Origin: Paragordius varius
Taxonomy: Eukaryota; Animalia; Nematomorpha
NCBI GenBank assembly: GCA_964247055.1
Contig: OZ176056.1
Location: 8,494,001-8,558,000, forward strand
Length of the DNA stretch: 64,000 nucleotides
Reading direction: 5' to 3'
Notes under the pieces: generated by a model
Told to the model about the DNA's origin: nothing
The model's input: the letters and a program-made list of their open reading frames with translations, nothing else
The model's database searches: none
Made by a program: the position numbers and the translations under genes
Shown here: positions 1-14,149 of the stretch, piece by piece
How positions within the stretch are numbered: the first letter of the stretch is position 1
Layout: each line of letters starts with the position of its first letter

Positions 1-490
1 GTTTTAAATTTAAATAACATTGAAAAAAATAATAAAGTATGCCATAAAGAAGATGTATATCAGATTACATATGAGTTATATTAGTTTGAAAACACACATA
101 ATTTTTTGTTTAGGTTGAATTTGAATTGTTTAAGGGTGAATTTGAATTGTTCAAGAGGGTGAATTTGAATTGTTCAAGAGGGTAAATTTGAATTGTTCGA
201 GGGGGGTGAATTTGAATTGTTCGAGGGTGAATTTGAATTGTTCGAGGGGGGTGAATTTGAATTGTTCAAGGGGGTGAATTTGAATTGTTTAAGGGTGAAT
301 TTGAATTGTTAGGGTGAATTTGAATTGTTCAAGGGTGAATTTGAATTGTTCAAGGGTGAATTTGAATTGTTCAAGGGGGTGAATTTGAATTATTTAAGGG
401 TGAATTTGAATTGTTCGAGGGGGGTGAATTTGAATTGTTCAAGGGGGTGAAATTGAATTGTTCAAGGGGGTGAATTTGAACTGAAATATG
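1..490. mobile_element. Foldback-type MITE (family FB), partial copy with an expanded arm of ~21-24-bp repeats (GGGTGAATTTGAATTGTTCAA)
   Basis: Tandem GGGTGAATTTGAATTGTTCAA(GG) units at 110-481, preceded by the same internal sequence as the complete copies at 3423-3889 and 9400-9759. Confidence 0.8.
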
Positions 491-522
491 GTTTATCTAA
501 TGTATTAATTATAAAAATATAG

Positions 523-833
523 CCATATCAACCTCAAACACATCTAATAAACAGTTGGGACACTCTAATATGGTAGCCCAAAATTTTTTCCCTCCACCCC
601 CCATATCTGGTTAGTTAGCATATATGCATTTTATAATATCTTGTGTTTTACCGGTTTTTTTAAAGAAAATAATTTGGTTTAAATAAAAAAGTTTAACTAT
701 ATCATTCATTTAGTTTAATGACATAAATGTAAGAAAATATATACAAAAAAAATTTGTTTGACATACATCCTTTCGTTACGTTTTAATATAATAACATATG
801 ATGTTAATATTGGTGAGAATAAGCATTTTTTCA

Positions 834-875
<42 letters not shown>

Positions 876-2576
876 AAATTTAAATTTGTACAAAAACCTA
901 AAGATTAATTGGCAGATTTTACATTACAAAGACAATCATACTTTTACTAAACTTATTTTTTCATGAGACTTGTTTGGTTTGGTTGGTAAAATAATGAATA
1001 GAAATGTAAATTGCTAGTTAATCCACTTAAATATGCAACAATTTTAATTTTAATATCCAAAAACCTACAAGGAGCTTATATTGTGTCCATGAATAATTAT
1101 ATTCAATTCTTCTTTTAATTTTTACGTTTTTGTTTCTCAGGTTTTTATCCTTTCCCTTAAAATTTAAAGGGTTTTTATAACCATAATTATTTTCTTTAGT
1201 ATTTTAAGCCTTTTTCCCCCCAATAATTTAAAGTTTTAGTTAGTATATAATGCTTTTTCAAGCAATTTTTTTTATTCCAAATATCAAAGTTTGTTGTCTT
1301 TATTTTAAGCTTTTTCTTGTGGTGCTTTTTAACAAGCATATATTATACTAATTAATCTATTTCTATATAAGTTTTTTATATTTAATTTCCTTAATAAAAA
1401 ATGTTTTAAATGGTGATTTTTATTTGCTTATGCACAAAAAAGGTCTATCACAAATGGGGCCACCCATACCCCCACCATTTCCACCCCTGGCAACTTTCCC
1501 TTTTTTGGGTTCGGCGACTTCCGTTAATAATTCTGAGATTGGTTCTTCACAACCACCCTTGTATAACACATTTTCTGGGTATGTATGATTTTTTTACATT
1601 ACAATACAAAAAAATTAGTATTTAAAGTTTTTAAATCTCTAAAAAAACTAGGTTTTTGTCAGAATAAAGCATATTTATAATAATTAGAGTTTTAGATCAT
1701 CTTAAGGTTACGTAACGTACATATCAAACAAATTTTTGGGATTTTTTATGGCCCCAATTTTTTTCTAGAATTTTTATATAAAAGTTTTATATTTGTTTTT
1801 ATTTTCATTGGTGAATATTTAAATTGGAATTTCAAATCATAGTTAACTTGACTAAAAAATTTTTTTTCCCTCTCACTGCAAATTTATGGAATTTTTCACT
1901 TTAAACATATATATTAAACAAATCTATACTTTTTAATTTAATTTTATATTATTATTAATTATTTTTTTTCATATTTTTAATTATTAATTTTTAATATATT
2001 TTGAATATATATTTTTCAGATATATGAATTCAACCTTATCCAAACACGGCGGTATCAATAATAATAAGTCATTTAACAATGTCCCTTTTCAATATGGTAA
2101 TTTATAAAATATTTAAAATTTTGTATTATTAGAAAGTTATTAATTATTATTGCCAAATAGAGCATATACAACAAAAGGCAGCATTATTGGCTTATATTTC
2201 CTATTTTTACTTTTTTCTGTTATATTAGCCAATAATAATTCTCTTTGCTGAATATATGCTATTTGGCAATAATTAATAACTTTATATCATCAATATATAC
2301 TTTTTACTCATACTGTAATTTTATGGCAAATTTTATTTACATTTTCATTTTAAGTATACTCTATATTATTTTTTTGGGGGGGGTTTTTTTGAATTAATTA
2401 CAATATAACATAAATCTATGTATTATTATTATTAGTATTATGGAAATAATCCTTTCATTTTTACTATAAAATATACTTAAAGCGTGAAAAACTAATTTAT
2501 TTTTTTCTATTTTTATTTCGTTTTTTATAGAAACCACTGGTCAATCATGGTTAAATACATCGGAGTTTCCATCTTT

Positions 2577-2615
<39 letters not shown>

Positions 2616-5600
2616 TATATTATTTTAATACTTTTTTAATTAAATCGTTTATTTGCATATATATATATATATATACTTTCTACAGTAATATAAATCAAAT
2701 GGGATCTAACATACAGCAAATGCACTCCAATGTACCTAGTTATAAGGCTTTCGGTATTTGTTCTCATTTTATTGTCACACTTATTTTTTTTTAATCTTTG
2801 AAAACAAATTTTTGAAAAAAAAAACCCTAAAATAATATTTTTTACTTATATTATTTATTGACTGATTGGCTTAAGTGACATTAAAAAAAATTAATGTGAT
2901 TATTATTGGAGCAAAAAAAACTTTTTATATCTAATCAAAATTAGAGATATGGTGGTGTATTTAACAAAATGTTAATAATTTAAGTTAAAATTTTTGTTTT
3001 ACCCAATAGCTATATAAATTTAGTTAAAATCATAATATTTAGTAAATTTTACTGGTTTATTTACATGCGTTTTCAGATCGATTAAATTACTCAAAAAACC
3101 ACAAAAATTAGAGAATATAAATCATGGTTGAACATCCTTATTACGACGAAAAAAATTAAAATTGAAATTAAAATAAATTCTCTAACTAAATATAATTAGG
3201 GTGTTCTCGAATGATTAAATATTTGATATCAATCCACTTACTTATAATATTTTGAAAAATTAGTTCTTATTTGATTTTTTGTTTTAATTACCCATACATA
3301 AACACCACACTAAATAATTTTAGGGAAGGTACATTATATTATATTATACCAAAAAATTTATATACCCAAAAATTAATGCCTATTATTATTGTGTTTTTAT
3401 ATGATAAATATATATATATATATACCATTTACAATTTAATTTCATTCTTAAACAATTCAAATTCACCCTTAAACAATTCAAATTCACTCTCGAACAATTT
3501 AAATTCATCCTCAAATAAAATATAACTTTTTTAAGATTAAATATTACCTATATTTTATATATTTTTACAAAATAAAAATTATGTTTGAATTAAAATAGTA
3601 CTGAAAAAAATAATAAACTATACCATAAACTATATATATTTCATATTAATAATTAGTTATATTAGTTCGAAAAAACATAATTTATTTTTAGGGTGAATTT
3701 GAATTGTTCAAGGCGGTGAATTTGAATTGTTCAAGGGTGAATTTGAATTGTTCAAGGGTGAATTTGAATTGTTCAAGGAATTTGAATTGTTCAAGGGTGT
3801 GATTTTGAATTGTTCAAAAGTGAATTTGAATTGTTCAAGGGTGAATTTGAATTGTTCAAGGGTGAACTTGAATTGAACTGTAAATGGTATATATATATAT
3901 ATATATTTCAATAATTTTTACCTGTTTTTTTATCCTAATTTCAATTATTCTAGGTTTAATCAGTACAAACTCATCCTACAATACCATTATGAGTAATAAT
4001 AATAATACGATGACCACGTCGACATCGAATATGATTGTTAATAAATTAGGTTATTTCCCTGGTCCTCCTGTGTTGGGGACATACGCCAATGTTAATTCTA
4101 CTCCCTCAACAAATTTTATGTTACCTTTAAATAATTTAAATAATAATTCTGCAATGTTTAATAATAGCAATTCCAATTCCAATTATAACTCTGCCAATAT
4201 TTTTAATCTAAATTTGCATCCTAACCTTAGCCACCATATTAATGGTCAACAATCATCCGATGAATTCCACATACTGAATGAAGATTTTCCTGCACTACCT
4301 GGCTTAGCTAGTATAGGAAAACAAATTTTTTACTTTTATTTTGTTTTGAAAAATTTCATTGATTTATAATGACAGTAAAAATTGAAATTATATGCAAACA
4401 AACAAACGCCCTAATATAAAAATAGTAAAAGAGACATCATTTAAAGTATAAATACATTATAATGGTTGCTTATTTCACACTACACTATAGTAGGGGGCAA
4501 TTTGGCCTACACCACCACAGTAGTGTATGGAAAAAATCAAGAAAATGTCGAATAAACAATTATTTGCCTTTCTTTTCTTTCCACACACTCCTGTGTGTTA
4601 CAAATTTCCATATTATAGTGTGAAATATATATATATATATAAACAGTCATTTCAAACCTTGATTTTCTAAATAATAAGAAGAGGCATGAAATTTGGTTTT
4701 TCCTATTAGATATTTATGTTTTGTGTCTTCATAATTTTGATTTATTCTTAACTAACTAATGAATCTGGCAATCATCTAAACTAGGGCTGTCCTACACAAA
4801 TGGAACTCAAAAAATATGGCATTGCACATTCGAAATTTTTTATGTCATAATTTATTAATAAATAATTTATTAGATATTTCAAACAAACATAATAAGACTG
4901 CAAAAAGCAAACGCTATATATATATCAACACTTTTTTTTCTTCTAATTATTGCCAATTGAATTGTTTTAGAAATATCTATTTTATACTAAGATTTTATGA
5001 TCATATTGTAGCAAATTGTTATTGAATTCAACATTTATCATGTGGGCTGTACATAAAGTAAGTTTTGGTCGTATAATAGACTACACCCCTTATCTAATCA
5101 ATCATATCATTTTTGCATGCTTTTTTTCGAATATTTTAAAAAAATGACATAATTAAAATTCCTTTAAACATTAATAATTATATCTTTTTTGTTGGGTATT
5201 GATTTGAGAAATAAATTTTTTTTATTTTTATTTTTGTTATATTTTTCCAATTTTGCTAGGTAAAGATGTTTTAGTTTCTGGTGGTGATTTTAGCAATCAA
5301 CCCACTCATATGATGCACTCATCATCCAATCTTTTAAATGTAAGGAATTATTTTTTAGTTATTAAATTTCATAACATTTATATGGATTGACTATTTGTTT
5401 TTTACCCTATCACATTTAATTATATACGGCGGATAAGAAAGGTAAACCTATAAAGACAATTTTTTTTTCCAAAAAATAACAACCACATATACTTTTTTAT
5501 ACCTTTATATATCCGATAAAAATCATTCAATTACAATTTATTCATTCGTAAAATACATAATTGATTGTGTTACCAATATCCATACCTCTATTTTATACTT

Positions 5601-5714
5601 TGCAGTTTAAAACAATGAAGAGTTATGTTCAAAAAAATCAAGTTTAATAAGTATGGTTTGGGTTGTATTTTAGAAAAAAATATTTGTCTTTATATTTTGA
5701 ATAAGTTTTGTCCG

Positions 5715-5758
<44 letters not shown>

Positions 5759-8700
5759 ATATCCAACAATAATGCCGTCAACCCTAACTCCACTCCGGCT
5801 TTTATAAGCTTACAAGAAAATCAACAACAATCTACAAATTATTTCGGTGTAGCTTCATATATGACAAACTCTAAAAGTAAGTTGCAAAAAAATTTAAATA
5901 TGATATATTTTGTTACAATAATTATGTGTTTTCGAACTAATATAACTCTTCATTATTAATATGAAATATATGTTTATGGTATAGTTTATTATTTTAATAT
6001 AGAACAAAATAGTTATTTACAAAAAATATATAAAATATAGGTAATTTTTAATCTTAAAAAACATACATTTTATTTGAGGGTGAATTTGAATTGTTCAAGG
6101 GGGTGAATTTGAATCGTTTAAGGGTGAATTTGAATTGTTCAAGGGGGTGAATTTGAATTGTTCAAGGGGGTGAATTTGAATTGTTCAAGGGGGTGAATTT
6201 GAATTGTTCAAGGGGGTGAATTTGAATTGTTCAAGGGGGTGATTTGAATTGTTCAAGGGTGAATTTGAATTGTTCAAGGGTGAATTTGAATTGTAAATGG
6301 TATACTATAGGGGGGGGGGGCAATTTGCAACACAACAGTAGTGTATGGAAAAAAACAACAGTAGTGTATGGAAAAAAACAATTATTTCCTTTGCTTTTTT
6401 CCAAATACACTCTCGTGTGTTGAAAATTGCCCCCCCCCCTACTATAGTGTAGAGTGAAATAAGCAGCCATTAGAATTTATACATTATACTACATATTACC
6501 CAATTTACTTTTATTTGATTTTTTTTTAGTAAGGAGACAAAACAAAAAAATGAAAAAAAAGTAATATAAATATTAATTTTCATTCCATAAAGGTCTGGGT
6601 ATCTAGTATTAGTAGAGATGTAAATTGGTGATACACTCTGTTTTATAAATTTCGCATAGGTTTTATTTAGAAATAAGGAAAATGTATATATAAAGACGGT
6701 TTAAATATATATATAATTAAGTATGTTTCCTTTTAAAGCTAAAATTTTATGTTTTTTAATTTTCCATATTTTTTATATTCAATAGATGCGTCCACAAAGC
6801 AAAATCCAACAGACCCGTTTTTGGCTGAAAAGTATAATATGATAACATTTATATTTTTTATTTTAATTTTGTTTTTTTATTTTTTTTGAAAAAAAAATTT
6901 GTTTTAAGCAAACGCACTGGTTTTTATACCAATGTTAAAACTTGTCCATCTATCTATTCATATTCCATTGGTTAATAACTATGGTAAAATTTTATAGAAA
7001 AAAAACTAATTTGTTACAACTTTTTTTGTTAATAAATTTTATATGCCTAAGTTTTTTGCTAAATAAAATGGTTATTTAATATATTCAGCAAGAATAATTA
7101 AGTCTTTGCGTATGTGCAGCAAAAAAAAGAGATTTTCGATACTAATTTTTCATATATATATATATATATAATTTTTTAACACTTTAACACTAAATCTTTA
7201 ATTTTTTTTTCAATAAAAATATATTTTGGGGTGTGATATTGTCCCAATGGTTAAGAAATGAAAATATTTATAAATGTTTATTTTTAACAATTTAATAAAT
7301 TCGTTTCCAAATCCAAAATATATAAAAAAAAGCACACATTGTCAAAATTGGTTTGATATCATCATATGTATACGAAAATCGTTATATCGCGCGCTGTTCA
7401 GTTTTTTTCTGATTTGTTCTGAGAGAAAAAAAAAGTTTTGAAACATTTTAAGCAACATTGTTAACGCAAAAATATTATTTAAATCAAATCAAATTTTTTT
7501 TTCAAAATCACATTGTATAAAGTTTTGTTGTGTTATGTAATAAGAGCTATTAATAGAGCCATTATATACTATGAAAGATATATTTCACTATTTATTAGAG
7601 TACATTTTTGAAAATTAAAAATGGAAAAAAATACAGTGTTCCCGATTGATTATTATGTAACACTACTAATATAATAGATTAATCTCTTCTCATACATATA
7701 CCATCAGACATGTAAATTAACACTTCGATTCAAATTGGGGTATTTAAAGGCCCCAGACTAAATTTGAGTTGGAATTTTTAAAAAACTACTGAGGAAACGG
7801 TCCCAATTTAAATTTATACTTCTATCCTATTTTATGGCAAAATATCTAAATAAAATTTTGTTTTGGATAAAAGTTCCATGTCAAACTACTTCAACCCCAT
7901 TTTTATTTTATAAATTTTTGCAAAATGTCGTCCTTATTTTTTAAGGGTAAAATTACAGCTAATTTTTTATTTAAATTATATCTAACATTGATAGAAATAA
8001 AAAAGCGGTTTATTTTCTATTATTTTTTAATTTTACCATTTCACATATGTCACGTTGACGAAATTTTTACCTTTCGGTTTTAGCTTAAAATAAGTAATAT
8101 TTATTTTTGAAAATTTTTTTTTAATATTTCGGTTTATTATTGTTATAAAAGGGCAAGATTTTGCCATGGTTCCGATTCCTTCCATATTTTTTAAATTTTT
8201 TTTTATTTTAAGCAGGCCTGGGGTATTTAACTACCCCAATTTGAATCGAATGACTATAACAATGGATGTGTTGTATCCAAGTGTTAATAAATGCCCTTTT
8301 TCATCAATTATCAATTAATAAATTAAATTACCCAAAATGTTGCCAATAATAATTTTCTTTTTACTACACAAAAAAAAGGCGACTATAATTTTTTGCATAA
8401 ATTTTAGACGATTATACCATACTACATCATCATTGTCACCACCCTCACCCCAAAATTTGGAAAATTCCAATTATCAAATTAGTAAAACAACCCCTAAAAA
8501 ACAATCCTCTATAACATCTTTCATAACTTTGAATAGCAGCAATAATAAATCTACTGTTAGGGAAAACTCGACGAAGCAAACAAGTTTATACTCATCAAAC
8601 TCAAGCTCAAACTTAAACTCCAACTTAAGACTAAACACTAAAACGAAAATGAACAACATTCATGTTGATGAAACTATTGTTACTGAAGATTATGATGGAA

Positions 8701-11700
8701 TCATAACACATCCTGGCGGTATTTGAAAACAAATTAATTTATACCATTTACGAACTCTATAAAATTCACACCCTCAAACATTTCAAATATTATATATGTT
8801 TTTTTTTCGATTAATCTAACACTCATTAATGGATATGAAAAATTTTCTCTATGGCGGCATACTTTATCTTTTTTTCTATGCAGTATGTTTGCTGTTTTTT
8901 TCAAAAAATATAAAAACAATTTACGTGTGTTTAAGAAATTTTTAACAATAAATATAGGGTTTAGATGGTTAATTGATATTAATTTGACTTTCATATATTA
9001 GATTTACGCCTGTTGTTTTTCTTAGATAACGTAAATTATAACATTTAAAAAAGAGACAAAACACGTACATAAAAACTACTATAAAACAAATATTGTTACT
9101 TAAAAATAAACATCTAAAAAACCACACCCCAATAATTTAGAATTTTATATCAAAAAATTTTTAAAACAACTCAACAAAAAATGGTTATATATTTTAAAAT
9201 TCCTCATAAAAAATTTAGGGCGTGTTACAAACATCCCTACAAATATGGTAAAAGATCAATTTGGTATGGTAGGATTACTAACTTTTATCCGTTCAGTTGA
9301 AAAAGATCCCTACCTCGTAAGCTTGGGTCTTGGCAGTGATTTAACAACATTTGGACTCAATTTGAATTCCTCTGAGTAAATTTTTTTTTGATCTATATAT
9401 ACCATTTACAGTTTATACGCACCCTTAGACAATACAAATTCAAATTCATACGCACCCTTGAACAAGTAAGTCAAATTCACCCTCAAAATAAATGACATGT
9501 TTTTTAAGATTAAAAATTATACCTATATTTTAATATATAATTTTTAAAAAATAAAATTTTGTTTTAAATTAAAATAATACGGAAAAAATAATAAATTATG
9601 CCATATAGATAGATAGATATATTAATAATGAGTTATTATATTAGTTTGAAAACACACATAATTTATTTTTAGGGTGAATTTGAATTGTTCAAGAGTGAAT
9701 ATGAATTGTTCGAGGGTGAATTTGAATTGTTCAAGGGTGAATTTAAACTGTAAATGGTATATATATTTTTTTGTTTTTGCAGTAAAGATTGTAAAGACAA
9801 AGTAAAACCCAACATATTATAAACCCCGTTTTTTTAGTATAAAATTTGAGTTGCGTAATAAGGAATGGATATGTTAGTTGGTAACACACAACATTATATT
9901 ATATATTTAACTATTACACAATCATAAAAGTTATATAAAATATAATAACATTTATAAAATAAAAATATTATTCTTTTACTTGTGTGGTGCTAAAATACTT
10001 GTAATTTTTTTCTTATATATATATATATATATATAATATATATATAGTATGCATTTTAATGGTTGCTTATTTCACACTTTAGTAGGGGGCAATTTGCAAC
10101 ATAACAGTAATGTATGGAAAATAACAACAAAATGTTGAATAAACAAATATATATATATATATATAAATATATACATATAATATTATTGCAGACCTTTGTA
10201 TCAAAATTTTGATGATCCTTTTGCTGAAAAACCCGCCAAACCATTTGACATTGATTGTAACGTTCCTCCTGAATATTTGGTTAGTTCACAAATCAGGGAT
10301 AAGGTATAATAATATATTAAATCTATTATATTATATTATCGGAAAAAAAGTGTATTATTTACAATTTTAATCACCCTTGAACAATTCAAATTTACCCTAA
10401 AATTAATTTATGTGTTTTTGTGCGTGCTAATATAAAACTAAACTCATCATTAATATGAATGATATCTTTTATGGCATAGTTTATTGCCCTTACAGTATTA
10501 TCTATGTTTAACAAAATTTAAATGAGTAATTTTCTATCTTAAAAAACATATTAGTTATTTTAGGGTGAATTTAAAATATTCGAGAGTAAATTTGAATTGT
10601 TTAAAGGTTTTACAGTATAAATTATATACTCTATTCCCACCATAAGAATTGTAATCTAATATAATAATAAAAATGGTGAATAAAAACAGGTAATTTTTTT
10701 ATACAAGAAAAAATTAAATTTTTATATTTACAGTTAAAATTGAAGTTAAAAAAAAGACAAAACGTAAAACCTAATAATTTTTTTTTCCAAAAAAAAGAAA
10801 GCCATATTTTTTTCAACCATAATTATTATCTGAAAGAATTTAAATGTTAATTAATGTATGTAAAGTATATATTTGAATGTATCACGAATTCTATCCCTTA
10901 TTTTGCAATTAACAATATGTTATATTAAGTAATAAAAATGTGTGTATAGAAAAGGTTAAACTTTTTTTTCTAGTCCAAAATAATATAAGTCTTTTAAATT
11001 TTGCGTTTGTCGTTATTCATCATTAAATTTTTACTGGATTTTCATATTAAGCTTAAACCTATTTTTACTGGAGAGTTTTATATTAAACTTAAACCTATTT
11101 TATTTATTTTAGCTACCAAGTTTTTGGCCAGCTAAATACGTTGAAGATCTCTTGTTTTTTCTATTCTATGCCTTTGAAAACGACCTCATACAAATCCTTG
11201 CAGCTCAGGAATTGTAAGCCCATTTTATATATTTTTTTTCAAATTATAACAAAATATTTAATTTTTGGAAAAAAACTGCAAATCTTACATTTGTTTCACC
11301 TCAAATGACATTAATACCTTCTTTTCAATCAAACTTAACATACATTTTTCAACCAAATTTCGATATTTAAATACAATATTTTTATATTCATTCTTAATAT
11401 ACTGTTGTATTTAAACTAAAAATCCAATCAACACTTTTCTATTGTTTGTAACTCAACCCTTCTCTACGTATAAATTTTTTAACACTTATTTTTAATTAAC
11501 CTAACTTAAATTTTTAAAAAATTGGGTTTTTGGTATACGTGTTAAATTTAATTAAAAAAGATATATGTATATATATATTATTCATCAATTAATCAATTAA
11601 TTAATTAATTAATTAGATATGAAAGAGATTGGAGGTTTTATATGGAAGAAAAAATTTGGATAACCAAAATCCCTGGCATAAATTCCCAAGAAAAATCGAG

Positions 11701-12689
11701 TTCGTATGAACGTGGAACTTTTTACTTTTTTGATCCGATTCATTGGAGAAAAGTAAGTTTTTATATTTATTTTTACAATTTTTATTTTCTAAAAATCATT
11801 ATTATTACAAGTAAAAATTGAAATTATATACGGGCAAAAAAAACGTAAAAAACGACAAATATAAGTTACTTAAAGACAACCATACTTTATAAATCTTGTA
11901 CACAAATATCAATCATAGTTTCAAAAGAATTAAATAGAAATGTTTACTGGTACCACAATCATTTATATATTTTACAATTTTAATTAAATAGTTTACGTAG
12001 GAGTTATTAAGGTTTTGAAAAGTATGGTTGTCTTTTAAAAATATATTATTTGTCTTTATGTTTTTTACGTTTTGTCCGTAGCATTTAAATTTTTATTGTA
12101 TAATCTATCAACTTTATAAGCATTGAGAAAGCTTTTTTGTGAGTAAACCTGGACATTGTACAAAAAAATTAACACAAAAACAGTAAATTGAAGTTATACA
12201 GACAAATTGTATTAGTTAAAAAAAGATAGACATTCATATATTAACTTGCGTTTTTCACAATAAAAGTATAGAATAGAGATAATCATATAGTTAATTTTAA
12301 ATCAAAGGTTTGAAAAGGTATGGTTGTCTGACACACAAAAAATTTGTCTTTAACCTTTTTTTTGCGTTTTTTTACCTTTATAAATTTAATTTTTTTTACT
12401 CTTCACAATAATAATGATTGCATAGCTTACGCGAGATTTCACGATTCATTACGATAAATTGGATGAACGACCAAACTTACCTAATCCTGCCCTCCTTACC
12501 GCTTTTCATCTCATAAATTCAACAAATTCAACAAATGCACATTGTTGTAGTAACACTTTATTTTCATCGTTAAAAAACAACTCAACATCAACTGTAGTTA
12601 TAAACACCACCAATAATTTTAGTAGCAATAATAATTTTGGTAATAATTTAGTTTTAACGACTAAACTAAACACTACAATCCACGATTAG
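523..12689 (+). CDS. CNOT2: CCR4-NOT transcription complex subunit 2 (NOT2/Regena family), multi-exon, 5' end outside the window; about 690 aa visible
   Basis: Hand-spliced GT-AG exons with compatible phases and no internal stop: 523-609, 1443-1560, 2020-2096, 2531-2579, 2686-2753, 3954-4310, 5260-5339, 5756-5876, 6786-6831, 8408-8718, 9219-9375, 10192-10303, 11113-11213, 11617-11752, 12426-12689 (TAG). The C-terminus reads GRVTNIPTNMVKDQFGMVGLLTFIRSVEKDPYLVSLGLGSDLTTFGLNLNSSEPLYQNF...DIDCNVPPEYLVSSQIRDKLPSFWPAKYVEDLLFFLFY...LYERDWRFYMEEKIWITK...YERGTFYFFDPIHWRKLTRDFTIHYDKLDERPNLP, which is the NOT2 NOT-box region. EFPSL and DFPALP motifs occur in the N-terminal low-complexity part. Confidence 0.96.
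3423..3889. mobile_element. Foldback-type MITE (family FB), complete, inserted in a (TA)n tract
   Basis: Termini TACCATTTACA... and ...TGTAAATGGTA; both arms are built of AATTCACCCTTGAACAATTCA / TGAATTGTTCAAGGGTGAATT repeats; (TA)n on both sides. Confidence 0.85.
4461..4626. mobile_element. Small palindromic MITE (family AATGGTTGCTTATTTC), one end degenerate
   Basis: Same terminus and CAGTAGTGTATGGAAAAA core as the complete copy at 35755-35913; related pieces at 6303-6471 and 10058-10142. Confidence 0.65.
5905..6302. mobile_element. Foldback-type MITE (family FB), reverse-oriented, one arm missing; abuts a palindromic MITE (6303-6471)
   Basis: Reverse complement of the FB internal sequence, followed by about 11 tandem arm repeats ending GAATTGTAAATGGTA. 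Confidence 0.8.
7721..8283. mobile_element. piggyBac-like non-autonomous element (TTAA target-site duplication)
   Basis: TTAA at 7717-7720 and 8284-8287. Inverted repeats TTCGATTCAAATTGGGGTATTTAAAGGCCCCAG (7724-7756) and CTGGGGTATTTAACTACCCCAATTTGAATCGAA (8218-8250). Terminal CACTT/AAGTG, with a ~28-bp insert inside the right arm. Confidence 0.75.
9400..9759. mobile_element. Foldback-type MITE (family FB), complete, short arms
   Basis: TACCATTTACAGTTT ... AAACTGTAAATGGTA termini, flanked by TATATA on both sides; same internal sequence as 3423-3889. Confidence 0.85.
10362..10620. mobile_element. Degenerate foldback-type MITE (family FB)
   Basis: CACCCTTGAACAATTCAAATTTACCCT on the left, AGGGTGAATTT...GAATTGTTTAA on the right, with diverged FB internal sequence. 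Confidence 0.6.
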
Positions 12690-13328
12690 TATATATATGT
12701 ATAGTGTGAAAAAAGGATACTACCAAAGTATGGTTTATTTTATCTATTTCACAAACAAAAATATATACCGCTTCAAACGATTTTTGCCTGTTTTATACTA
12801 CGCCTTAATGATTTTTATCTCTGTTTTGAACCAAAAATATTTACTTATCATCCATAAAATAATAGGCCGCAAATTTTTGGAGTATAAAATAAATTTTCAT
12901 ATTTTATAAATATTATTTCTTTAACCTAAATAGGATGTTATAGAGCGACAAGTTTCAATTTATCTAGCAAATAATCAATCAGACAAAGCGCTAATCCATT
13001 TTATTCTTATGATTAGATGGCGAATTTTTCACCAAGATCTAATAAAATCAAAATCAATAATACACAGGGTGAGAAAAAACCTTAGAAACACTGAATATAA
13101 TCACAAATTTCTTTTAAACTAATAAAATAGCTAATGGAAAAGAATGCTTACAACGCGCCTAATATAAAAACAGGAGAGTTTAAATAACCACCACCAACCC
13201 CTACCATAAATAAATAAATTAATGTAAACTTTTTAATGTGACCACACACACAGACACCACCCATTATTATATACTATGCACACCACTCAACGAATTACCA
13301 CAACCCTATATTCATATTTTATATATTT

Positions 13329-13380
<52 letters not shown>

Positions 13381-14149
13381 ACCCTTATCCGGCCGGTATT
13401 AACAAAAATAATATTATCATCAGAAATTAGTTTTTTCCCTGTGTATCCCCCCCTTGCTCTCGACCCAGTACGAAAATGCTGAGGTAAAAGTAACTGTAGC
13501 ACATTATCTTAAATGGTATGTTAGTATGTGGCAGTAAACAATTTTGGAATAGTTTGTTTTTTTCATTTTACAACTAAAGAAATTTTATTTTTTTTGTCAT
13601 TACATCATAAATAAATAGTTTGGTGTGTGCGTTTTTGATGCTTTTCACACATTTTTTATGATTTTTAATTTTATTTTTTTGCCTGTTGTTTGGAACTGCC
13701 TTGATTAGGCAAGCTTTTTCCCCCATTTATTTTTTTGATTTTTTAAAAATAAAATTTTCTGGATTCACTAAGTTTTATGTTAATTTTAACAAAGCTTTAC
13801 CCAACAATAACAAACTCCCTAGATATATATGATATATATGTAAACTATATATAATTTTAATTTCGACTCACCCCCCCCCCACACCCACCCTCCTCTTTTC
13901 CTAATATTTAACATATTACATTTATTTGAATAACTATATAAATATTATAATTATTATATATATATATATATATCAACCTAAATTTCCAAACAGATGAACA
14001 CACAACAAATAAATTGTATAATTGTTAATTCCTAAGTCCAAAAAATAATGTAGGATAATTAGAGGTATGTGATCAACTCCTTTTAGACAGGTATTATATT
14101 TCCTTTTTTAATGATTATTCTGATCATTTCCAAAATATAAGATTATTTT

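Noticed and set aside
1141-1170. Strong acceptor (tttctcag) as an additional CNOT2 coding exon
   Set aside because: The required phase-1 frame hits TAA within six codons, and exons 523-609 and 1443-1560 already join in frame without it.
1410-1625. ORF 1410-1625 and antisense ORF 8474-8659 as independent genes
   Set aside because: They overlap true CNOT2 exons (1443-1560 and 8408-8718) in another frame or on the other strand.
3271-6470. ORF-track calls 3271-3525, 3708-3911 and 6231-6470 (LNNSNSP / EQFKFTL repeats), and likewise 38291-38482 and 13276-13482
   Set aside because: These are translations of MITE arm repeats, satellite 2 or (TA)n, not genes.
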